Shown: positions 57,022 through 64,000 of the stretch, in pieces
Position numbering within the stretch: position 1 is the stretch's first letter
Layout of the letters: each line of letters begins with the position of its first letter
Source of the DNA: an uncultured Oscillospiraceae bacterium
GTDB lineage: Bacteria > Bacillota > Clostridia > Oscillospirales > Oscillospiraceae
NCBI GenBank assembly: GCA_904395865.1
Contig: CAJFNY010000134.1
Span: 3,639-67,638, forward strand
Length of the DNA: 64,000 bases
Direction of reading: 5' to 3'
The notes under the pieces: generated by a model
Told to the model about the DNA's origin: nothing
Databases searched by the model: none
Seen by the model: the letters and a program-made list of their open reading frames with translations, nothing else
Translations under genes and position numbers: made by a program

Positions 57022-57058
57022 AAATCCCGCCGGCCCGATACCGGGCCGGCGGGATTTT
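57022..57058. terminator. Bidirectional terminator
   Basis: AAATCCCGCCGGCCCG/CGGGCCGGCGGGATTT. Confidence 0.8.
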
Positions 57059-57074
57059 GTGTGTGCTGCGGAGA

Positions 57075-57188
57075 TTACCGGCAGTCCTGGCTCTGGGCCT
57101 TGCTGGCGGCCTTGTCCTGGGCCTTGTTCTTGCCGCAGTTGTCGCTCTGATTCTGAGACTTGGCAGAGTTCTGATTCGTCTTGTCCAT
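57075..57188 (-). CDS. Unannotated 37-aa Gln/Asn/Lys/Ser-rich small protein
   Basis: GGGAGG RBS, ATG...TAA: MDKTNQNSAKSQNQSDNCGKNKAQDKAASKAQSQDCR; mostly G/C-ending codons; terminator directly downstream. Confidence 0.75.
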   Translation of the reverse strand: MDKTNQNSAKSQNQSDNCGKNKAQDKAASKAQSQDCR

Positions 57189-57230
57189 GAAAGTTTCCTC
57201 CCAAAGATGATTTGCGGTGTTCCGCGGTCC

Positions 57231-57259
57231 TATCATTCCCGGATTTTCAGCTTTTATCC
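57231..57259 (-). promoter_or_regulatory. SigF/SigG-like promoter of the small ORF
   Basis: GGATA-17-AATGATA (preceded by GGG), overlapping the spoVAE 3' end. Confidence 0.5.
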
Positions 57260-57603
57260 TTCGGCTTGAACAGCAGCGCCATCAGATAGCCGAAGAAGAT
57301 CGCCGCGGCGATGCCGGCGGCGCAGGCCCGGACGCCGCCGATCAGCGCGCCCGGCAGCCCCAGCTCGGCCACGGCCGCCCGGACACCCCTGGCCAGATTG
57401 TAGCCGAAGCCGGTGAGCGGCGTCGTGGCGCCGGCGCCGGCGAAGTCCACCAGCTTGTCGTAGAGGCCCAGCGCGCCGAGGATTACACCGGCCACCACGT
57501 AACTGACGAGAATCCGCGCCGGCGTCAGCTTCGTCTTGTCGATCAGCACCTGGCCGACGGCGCAGAACAGGCCGCCGACCACGAAGGCCTTCAGATATTC
57601 CAA
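57247..57603 (-). CDS. spoVAE: Stage V sporulation protein AE
   Basis: YLKAFVVGG..C..GQVLIDKTKLTPARILV, AGAGATTPLTGFG, FKPK. Confidence 0.93.
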   Translation of the reverse strand: MEYLKAFVVGGLFCAVGQVLIDKTKLTPARILVSYVVAGVILGALGLYDKLVDFAGAGATTPLTGFGYNLARGVRAAVAELGLPGALIGGVRACAAGIAAAIFFGYLMALLFKPKDKS

Positions 57604-57608
57604 ATGGT

Positions 57609-58628
57609 TCAGCTCCCTTCCAGTTCAATGGACACGGCATGGCAGATGCCGGGGATGCTCTCCCCCTGCTGCGTGGAGACGGTGGACAGCAGCGCACCGG
57701 AGCCGCAGAGGAGGACGCGCCTGCACCGGCCCAGGAGCAGCTGCCGGTAGACGTGGCCGCAGAGTACCACGGCGCTGCAGCCGCAGCCGGAGCCGCCGGC
57801 CTGGACGTCCTGCCGCTCCCGGTCGTAGATCATCGTGCCGCAGTCGTTGTAAACCCCCTCCAGGGACATGCCGTCCCGGCGGAAGAGCTCCTCCACGATG
57901 GTGCGGCCCACGTAACCCAGGTCGCCGGTGAGGATGGCATCGAAGTCGCCGGGGCGCATGCCGCGGTCCTCCAGGTGGCGGACGATGGTGTCGTACGCCG
58001 CGGGGGCCATGGCGGCGCCCATGTTGTTGGCATCCCTGATGCCCCAGTCGACGACGCGCCCGACGGTGGCCGCGGTGATGCGCGGCCCCGGGGCTCCGCT
58101 TGTGACCAGCGCGCAGCCGGAGCCGGTGACGGTCCACTGGGACGTGGTGGTCCGCTGGCCGCCGTAGACCAGGGGAAAGCGGTACTGCCGCTCTGCAGAG
58201 GCGAAGTGGGAGGAGGTGATTGCCGCGGCCCGCCCGGCGAAGCCGCCGCAGACGGCCATGGCTGCCAGCGTCAGCCCCTCCGCCATGGTGGAGCAGGCGC
58301 CGTAGAGGCCAAAAAACGGGATGCCTGCGTCACGCATGCCGAAGCTGGTGCTGATGCACTGGTTGAGCAGGTCGCCGCCAAAGGCCATGTCCACGTTCTC
58401 CGGCCGGAGCGACGCCTTGTCCAGCGCCGCCTGCAGGGCCAGCTGCTGCATCTGTGTTTCCGCCTTCTCCCAGGACTTCTGGCCGAAGCGCGTGTCGCTG
58501 GTCACCAGGTCGAAGCTGTCCCGCAGAGGTCCTTCCAGCTCCCGCTTTCCGCCCACGGCGCCGGCCGCCTCCAGTACCGGCGGCGGGTCGAACAGCAGCG
58601 TCTGCCGGCTGATCCGCTTTCCTGCCAT
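57609..58628 (-). CDS. spoVAD: Stage V sporulation protein AD
   Basis: SWEKAE, GDLLNQC, YGACSTM, ERQYRFP, NMGAAMAPAA, GGSGCGCS, ESIPGICH. Confidence 0.95.
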   Translation of the reverse strand: MAGKRISRQTLLFDPPPVLEAAGAVGGKRELEGPLRDSFDLVTSDTRFGQKSWEKAETQMQQLALQAALDKASLRPENVDMAFGGDLLNQCISTSFGMRDAGIPFFGLYGACSTMAEGLTLAAMAVCGGFAGRAAAITSSHFASAERQYRFPLVYGGQRTTTSQWTVTGSGCALVTSGAPGPRITAATVGRVVDWGIRDANNMGAAMAPAAYDTIVRHLEDRGMRPGDFDAILTGDLGYVGRTIVEELFRRDGMSLEGVYNDCGTMIYDRERQDVQAGGSGCGCSAVVLCGHVYRQLLLGRCRRVLLCGSGALLSTVSTQQGESIPGICHAVSIELEGS

Positions 58629-58656
58629 GTTTTTCGCCTCCCAATCCGATTGGGAT

Positions 58657-58685
58657 TAGTATGCGAAGCTTTCGCCATTTTATCA
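58657..58685 (-). promoter_or_regulatory. SigG-type promoter of spoVAD
   Basis: TGATA-17-CATACTA; the -35 directly abuts the repeat element. Confidence 0.65.
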
Positions 58686-58927
58686 GCGGGCAGCATGTCA
58701 AAAAAGTCTCTTGCGAGAATTTTTTGACATGCTGCCCGCAAATTTGCAACTTCAAAAAGTTGCAAATTCTGGTTTGATTGAACGCGAAAGGGGACCCTGA
58801 CGGTCCAGCCTCCGCGCCAAGCGCCGCCCGCGTAGCGGGCGGTTGCGCTCCGGCACGCTCTGCGGAGCAGCCTTTCACACTTTCCCTTCCTCCGAATCCT
58901 TCGGCCGGAGCGGTTTTTCGACAGTCT
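58686..58927 (-). mobile_element. MITE-like structured repeat, copy B (carries an extra 64-nt hairpin)
   Basis: Inverted homolog of 49915-50084; minus-strand ends AGACTGTCGAAAAA ... TTTTTTGACATGCT. Confidence 0.65.
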
Positions 58928-58939
58928 GACTCCCAAACG

Positions 58940-58973
58940 AAAAAACTCCGGCATGGCGAATGCCATGCCGGAG
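58940..58973 (-). terminator. Intrinsic terminator of the NlpC/P60 gene
   Basis: CTCCGGCATGGC/GCCATGCCGGAG followed by T6 on the minus strand. Confidence 0.8.
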
Positions 58974-58986
58974 CAGGAAATGTTTT

Positions 58987-59871
58987 TTAAGAGGCCACAC
59001 GCCGGGCGCCGATGTACCGGCTGGCGTAGTAGTCGTCGGACAGGCTCGTGATCCGGACGCCGCCGGAGGCCGCGTGGACGAATTCGTTGTTGCCGATGTA
59101 GATGCCCACGTGGGAGGCCGGTGCGCTGGTGTAGTATGTATTCGTGAAGAACACCAGGTCGCCGGGCTCCAGGGAGGAGACCGAGTAGCCGTTGCTCAGC
59201 TGCTGGCCGGCCGTACGGCTGAGGCTGTAGCCCATGTTCTGGAAGACGTACCGGGTAAAGCCGGAGCAGTCGAAGCCCGAGGGGGTTGTCCCGCCCCAGA
59301 CGTAGGGCGTGCCCAGGAAGTTGAGCGCGTAGTCGGCGATCAGCTGGCCGGCGCTGACGTAGCTGCCGGAGGAGTTGTAGACCGGCTTCTCGGTCAGGGC
59401 CATCAGGTCGCTGCGGATGTAGCCGGTGGCGCCGTTGTACTGCACCTTGTACCAGCCGCAGTTGAAGCCGATGATGTAGGCTTTCTCGCCGTATCCCAGC
59501 TGGTAGACCAGATCACTGTCGGACGAGGGCTGCGAACGCATGTTGACGGCCGAGGTGTTGATCTCGCCGTAGCCGAGCTCCACGTTCTCCCGCTCCTTGA
59601 AGGTGATGTACTCCTTGCTCATGTAGCCGATGTCCAGATTGTAGTCCACCAGGTACCAGCCGTCCACCTCACGGATGATGACCACGTTGTCGCCGGGGGC
59701 GGCGGTGGAGATGATCTCGGCGTCGGTGTTGGGCTTGGCACGCAGCCGGAGGCTGGCGTTGACCACGCCGATGCCGGTCTTCAGCTCGGTGGCCGAGGCG
59801 AGAACGGTGACGGCAGCCAGGACGGCCACCGAAATGGCAAGCATCAGGAACAGACGTGTCGCTCGTTTCAT
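58987..59871 (-). CDS. Secreted SH3-SH3-NlpC/P60 peptidoglycan endopeptidase
   Basis: Signal peptide, two SH3b units (LRLR..P..., VNMRS.PS..., GWY...GY), PYVWGG..GFDCSG, HVGIY, FVHA. Confidence 0.93.
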   Translation of the reverse strand: MKRATRLFLMLAISVAVLAAVTVLASATELKTGIGVVNASLRLRAKPNTDAEIISTAAPGDNVVIIREVDGWYLVDYNLDIGYMSKEYITFKERENVELGYGEINTSAVNMRSQPSSDSDLVYQLGYGEKAYIIGFNCGWYKVQYNGATGYIRSDLMALTEKPVYNSSGSYVSAGQLIADYALNFLGTPYVWGGTTPSGFDCSGFTRYVFQNMGYSLSRTAGQQLSNGYSVSSLEPGDLVFFTNTYYTSAPASHVGIYIGNNEFVHAASGGVRITSLSDDYYASRYIGARRVAS

Positions 59872-59912
59872 TGAGATCCCTCACTCATTCACAGATTCCG
59901 TGTCTTACAGTC

Positions 59913-60209
59913 TCATTTGCGGTTGGGGGCCAGGGCCCGCTCCAGCCACACACAGCCCACATCCAACGCTGTGTAGAAGCCGTCCTTCTCCGATTTCTTG
60001 ACGATGCGCTCCCGGGGCTTGGCGTTGGGGTCCGTCAGCTGCAGCTGCACCGAAACCCGTGTGGCCAGATCCAGGTCGCCTTCCTTCTTGGTTTCCAGAA
60101 TCTGCAGCATGACGATGTGGGAATCGGCCATGCTGCCGTAATATACAATGTTGTCCTTCCGCATCAGGGGGCGGCCCTTATACATCAGGACATCCTTCTT
60201 CTCAGACAT
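59913..60209 (-). CDS. Hypothetical cytoplasmic protein (98 aa)
   Basis: AGGAGGG RBS, host-like codons, 41 bp upstream of the NlpC/P60 gene. Confidence 0.8.
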   Translation of the reverse strand: MSEKKDVLMYKGRPLMRKDNIVYYGSMADSHIVMLQILETKKEGDLDLATRVSVQLQLTDPNAKPRERIVKKSEKDGFYTALDVGCVWLERALAPNRK

Positions 60210-60228
60210 GGATACCCTCCTGTTGAAA

Positions 60229-60266
60229 TGTAACCAAATTGTAACACATTGTTTCCTGACTGTCAA
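60229..60266 (-). promoter_or_regulatory. SigA promoter overlapped by a WalR-type box
   Basis: TTGACA-17-TACAAT on the minus strand; TGTAAC-CAAAT-TGTAAC at 60229-60245 on the plus strand. Confidence 0.7.
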
Positions 60267-60462
60267 TAGTTAGGGAGGAATTCCCTGCAGCTTTTTCAAA
60301 GTGTTGACAAGGGGTTACAGATTTGTGGTTGTTTGCCGGGATTTGGATGTGGAATCTGTGAAGAGTGGGGAAGCAGTGCGGCGCAAAACAGGCGGCATCC
60401 GCCCAGGGCGAAGGCCGCCTGCGTGCTGGCCGCAGAGTGGGAAAGCCGCGCCGCAGGCGCGG

Positions 60463-60708
60463 TCAGTCGAACAGGTAGTGCCGGACGAGCTCCTGCAGCA
60501 GCTCGTCCCGGTCGATCTTGCAGATGAGGCTGCGGGCGTTGTTGAAGTTGGTGATATACGTGGGATCCTCCGAGAGCAGGTATCCGACGATCTGATTGAT
60601 CGGGTTGTACCCCTTCTCGCTGAGAGAACGGTAAACAGACGTCAGGATGCGCTTCATTTCCGCCGCGGACTCATCCGGTACCACAAATTTAATCGTATTG
60701 TCGTCCAT
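60463..60708 (-). CDS. ireB: IreB/ReoM (UPF0297) regulatory phosphoprotein
   Basis: [33 protein letters not shown]...ARSLI.KIDRDE. Confidence 0.93.
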   Translation of the reverse strand: MDDNTIKFVVPDESAAEMKRILTSVYRSLSEKGYNPINQIVGYLLSEDPTYITNFNNARSLICKIDRDELLQELVRHYLFD

Positions 60709-60739
60709 ACAGTCTGCCTCCTCGCTGTGGAATGCCTCT

Positions 60740-60768
60740 ATCATATAATAGATGGCGCGGGATGTCAA
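60740..60768 (-). promoter_or_regulatory. SigA-type promoter of ireB
   Basis: TTGACA-17-TATGAT. Confidence 0.72.
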
Positions 60769-60854
60769 AGAAAAGTTGTATTTCCCGGGAGTACGCCCGA
60801 TTCAGCGCACCCCCGGGAAGAGTATGCCGGCTTTCGGCGGAAATGATACGGTTC

Positions 60855-63551
60855 TCAGCGCAGAACGGCGCCGAACGTTTTCTCCAGGGCCTCCAGCACG
60901 CGGCTGAGCTCCTGGCTGCACTCGTCATCTGTCAGCGTCCGGTCCTCAGCCCGCAGCTCCAGGGAGAAGGCCACGGACTTCTTGCCGTCCGGCACGCCGG
61001 TGCCGCGGTAGACGTCGAACAGCGTGACCCGCTTCAGCAGGCTGCCGCCGGCCTCGCGGATGCAGCGCTCCAGCTGTGCCACGGTCAGCGACTCATCGCA
61101 GACCAGTGCCAGGTCACGGCTGACGGCCGGGAAGCGGGGCAGGGGGACGTACTCCGGGTCGGGCCCCTGCGCGCACATCAGCTGGCCGAAGTCCAGCTCC
61201 GCGCAGTAGAGCTCGGCCTGCACGCCGTAGTTGGCGGCCACCAGCGGATGGATCTGCCCCAGGACGCCGATGCGGCGGTCGCCGCAGTATACCTCGGCGC
61301 AGCGGCCCGGATGGTACGAGGGATTCGGCTCTGCGGGCACCTCAAAGCAGACGTCCGTAGCCCGCAGATCCCGGAGAATGGCCTCCACGGCACCCTTGAG
61401 CGCGTAGAAGTCCATTTCCTCGCCGTACGCGCCCATGGACAGCACCTTGTCCTCCACCGCCAGGCCGTCGGCCCCGCCGGGGAGGTAGATGCGGCCGATC
61501 TCGTAGAGCCGGGCGGACTTGTTGCGGTAGTTCCAGTTCCGGGTCAGGATCTCCAGCATGGAGGGCAGCGTCGTGGTGCGCATGATGGAGGTGTCCTCGC
61601 CCAGGGGGTTGAGGATCTTGAAGGAAGCCCGGCGCGGGTCGTCGGCGCGCCAGCCGATCTTGTCGTAGTAGGTGGGGGAGATGAAGGAGTAGGTGATGAT
61701 CTCGTCGTATCCGCAGGCGCGGCACAGCCGGCCCAGGCGGTTCTCCAGCTTCTGCTCCGGGGAGAAGCCGCCCACCGTGGTCTGGCCGCGCATCAGCGTC
61801 ACGGGGATGTTGTTGTAGCCATGGAACCGGGCGACCTCCTCGGCCAGGTCGGCCATGCCGACCACGTCACCGCGCCACGAGGGGACCGTGACACGGCTGC
61901 CCTCCACGCCGAAGCCCAGCTTCCGGAGGATGGAGACCATCTCCCCGCCGGCGATGTCGGTGCCCAGCAGGGCGTTGATCTTCTCCGGCTCCAGCTGCAG
62001 CACCCGCGGCTGGGGGACGAAGTTCAGCACGTCGATGGTGCCGTCCACCACCTGGCCGGCGCCCAGCAGCTCCACCAGCTCGCAGGCGCGGTTGACGGCC
62101 GGCAGGGTGTTCATGGGGTCCAGGCCCTTTTCGAACTTGGCGCTGGCCTCCGTACGCATGCCCAGGGCCAGGGCGCCCTTGCGGATGCACGTACCGTCGA
62201 AGCAGGCGGACTCGAACACCACGTCCACCGTGTCGGCGACGATCTCACTGTTGAGGCCGCCCATGATGCCGGCCAGGCCCACGGCCCGGGTGTCGTCGGC
62301 GATGACCAGGTGATTGGCGTTCAGCTTCCGCTCCTGGCCGTCCAGGGTGGTCAGCGTCTCGCCCTCAGCGGCCCGGCGGACGACGATTTTGCCGCCCTGG
62401 ACGTAGCGGTAGTCGAAGGCGTGCATGGGCTGGCCGTACTCCAGCATCACGTAGTTGGTGATGTCGACGATGTTGTTGATGGGGCGAACGCCCATGGCCC
62501 GCAGCCGCTCCCGCATCCACTTGGGGGATGGGGCGATCTTCACGTTCCGGACCATCCGGGCCGTGTACCGGGGGCAGAGCTCCGGGTCCGGCGTCTCCAC
62601 GTCCAGCAGCTCGGCCAGCACGCCGGGGCCGCCGCCGCGGACCACCGGCTCATGGAGCGTCAGGGGTGCATCGAAGGTGGCCGATGCCTCCCGGGCCAGA
62701 CCGATGACGCTCAGGCAGTCAGGACGGTTGGGCGTGATCTCGAACTCCACCACGTGGTCATCGGCGCCGATGACGGGGCGGATGTCGTCGCCGGGCTGCA
62801 CGCCCTCCTCCTGCAGCACGAAGATGCCGTCGGGGATGCAGTGGGGGAACTCGGCCTGCTCCGCCCGCAGGTCAGCCAGCGTGCAGTAGCGGTCCGTCTC
62901 CGTGTTGTAGGCCACCAGGTCGCCCGCGTGGAGGTTCGAGCAGGCGGTGTCGGGGCAGACGGTCCCGGCCCCGCCGATGTCGGCGCACGTGTGGAACGTG
63001 CCGTCGCCCAGGGGCATGACCTCCAGCATCCGGGCGCACACCACCGGGCCGAAGACCTTGTCGCCGGGCTGAATGTCGGCGGAGATCGACGGCTTGTTCT
63101 TGTCCAGAGGATGGTAGTCGCCGAGAATGGCGGCGGCGGTGATGACGGCGTAGGGGAAGTCCCGCTCGTCCAGCTCCAGCTCCTTCAGCGAGCAGAGCAT
63201 GCCGTTGGACAGAACGCCGCGCAGCTTGCCCTTTTCAATCCTGTGGCCGCCGGGGAGGACGGACTTGTGGAGGGCCACCGGCACCAGCTCGCCCGGATGG
63301 ACGTTCCAGGCGCCGGTGACGATCTGCACCGGCTCGTCCCTGCCCACGTCCAGCTGGCAGACCCACATGTGGTCGGAGTCCGGATGGCGCTCCATGGTGA
63401 CGATCCGGCCCGCGACGACGTTGGAAATGGTGGCGGAAAAGTCCTCGGTGGTCTCCACCTTGGAGCCGGAGAGGGTCATGGCCTCGGCGAAGTCCTTGTC
63501 GTTGGCGTCCACGGTAACGAATTCCCGGAGCCAGTTTCTGCTCAGTTTCAT
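60855..63551 (-). CDS. pheT: Phenylalanyl-tRNA synthetase beta subunit (extended by about 100 aa)
   Basis: ITPNRPDCLS, INNIVDITNYVMLEYGQPMHAFD, DLAEEVARFHGY, FPAVSRDLA, LFDVYRG. Confidence 0.96.
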   Translation of the reverse strand: MKLSRNWLREFVTVDANDKDFAEAMTLSGSKVETTEDFSATISNVVAGRIVTMERHPDSDHMWVCQLDVGRDEPVQIVTGAWNVHPGELVPVALHKSVLPGGHRIEKGKLRGVLSNGMLCSLKELELDERDFPYAVITAAAILGDYHPLDKNKPSISADIQPGDKVFGPVVCARMLEVMPLGDGTFHTCADIGGAGTVCPDTACSNLHAGDLVAYNTETDRYCTLADLRAEQAEFPHCIPDGIFVLQEEGVQPGDDIRPVIGADDHVVEFEITPNRPDCLSVIGLAREASATFDAPLTLHEPVVRGGGPGVLAELLDVETPDPELCPRYTARMVRNVKIAPSPKWMRERLRAMGVRPINNIVDITNYVMLEYGQPMHAFDYRYVQGGKIVVRRAAEGETLTTLDGQERKLNANHLVIADDTRAVGLAGIMGGLNSEIVADTVDVVFESACFDGTCIRKGALALGMRTEASAKFEKGLDPMNTLPAVNRACELVELLGAGQVVDGTIDVLNFVPQPRVLQLEPEKINALLGTDIAGGEMVSILRKLGFGVEGSRVTVPSWRGDVVGMADLAEEVARFHGYNNIPVTLMRGQTTVGGFSPEQKLENRLGRLCRACGYDEIITYSFISPTYYDKIGWRADDPRRASFKILNPLGEDTSIMRTTTLPSMLEILTRNWNYRNKSARLYEIGRIYLPGGADGLAVEDKVLSMGAYGEEMDFYALKGAVEAILRDLRATDVCFEVPAEPNPSYHPGRCAEVYCGDRRIGVLGQIHPLVAANYGVQAELYCAELDFGQLMCAQGPDPEYVPLPRFPAVSRDLALVCDESLTVAQLERCIREAGGSLLKRVTLFDVYRGTGVPDGKKSVAFSLELRAEDRTLTDDECSQELSRVLEALEKTFGAVLR

Positions 63552-63565
63552 CTCGTCTCTCCTCC

Positions 63566-64000
63566 TCAGAACTGTTCCAGGAAGCGGATGTCGTTTTCAA
63601 AGATCAGGCGCAGGTCCGAGATCTTGAAGCGCCGCATGGCCGTCCGCTCCAGGCCCATGCCGAAGGCCCAGCCGGAGTAGACCTCCGGGTCGATGCCGCT
63701 CATCTCCAGCACCCGCGGGTGGACCATGCCGGCACCCAGCAGCTCGATCCAGCCCTCGCCCTTGCACGTGGGGCAGCCCACGCCGCCGCACTTGTGGCAC
63801 TGGACGTCCATCTCGCAAGACGGCTCGGTGAACGGGAAGTGGTGCGGACGGAACCGGGTGACCGTGCCCTTGCCGTACAGCTGCTCCACCATCAGGTTCA
63901 GCGTGCCCTTCAGGTCGGCCATGGTCACGCCCTTGTCGATGACCATGCCCTCCACCTGGTGGAACATGGGGGAGTGGGTGGCGTCCACCTCGTCCTTCCG
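63566..64000 (-). CDS. pheS: Phenylalanyl-tRNA synthetase alpha subunit (3' part)
   Basis: [43 protein letters not shown]. Confidence 0.97.
   Translation of the reverse strand, partial: RKDEVDATHSPMFHQVEGMVIDKGVTMADLKGTLNLMVEQLYGKGTVTRFRPHHFPFTEPSCEMDVQCHKCGGVGCPTCKGEGWIELLGAGMVHPRVLEMSGIDPEVYSGWAFGMGLERTAMRRFKISDLRLIFENDIRFLEQF

Noticed and set aside
63755-63815. CxxC..CxxC insert in PheS
   Set aside because: This zinc-binding insert is ordinary in Firmicute PheS.

Overview
High-GC chromosomal segment of a spore-forming Clostridia-class Firmicute (gene set and order resemble Oscillospiraceae; this is inference). It is mostly core genome. Left part: cdaA-cdaR followed by yicC-remA-gmk-rpoZ-priA-def-fmt-rsmB-rlmN-prpC-prkC-rsgA-thiN, then a SPOCS/LysM spore-coat gene, an [FeFe] hydrogenase, htrA, trkAH and tRNA-Thr(CGT). 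Middle: a two-component system with an ABC exporter, an Ala/Gly symporter, a DeoR regulator, a coiled-coil ABC permease, an MBOAT+DHHW O-acyl pair, dapF with an FN3-bearing Ser/Thr kinase, and apgM-DUF1015-ispE. Right: spoIIR, addBA, spoVAD/E, an SH3-NlpC/P60 hydrolase, ireB and pheST. I found no CRISPR array, prophage, integrase, transposase or reverse transcriptase. The most unusual signals are: (1) two inverted copies of a highly structured non-coding MITE-like element with compensatory stem changes, bracketing the addBA-spoVA block; (2) a recurring hairpin that combines terminator, sporulation -10 box and RBS in front of sporulation genes; (3) a tandemly duplicated OB-fold in PheT; (4) an unannotated 37-aa Q/N/K-rich ORF behind a forespore-type promoter; (5) a low-GC in-frame patch in the middle of the permease coiled coil; (6) a perfect WalR-type box over the promoter of the hydrolase operon. 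All calls come from reading motifs by eye; no searches were run.
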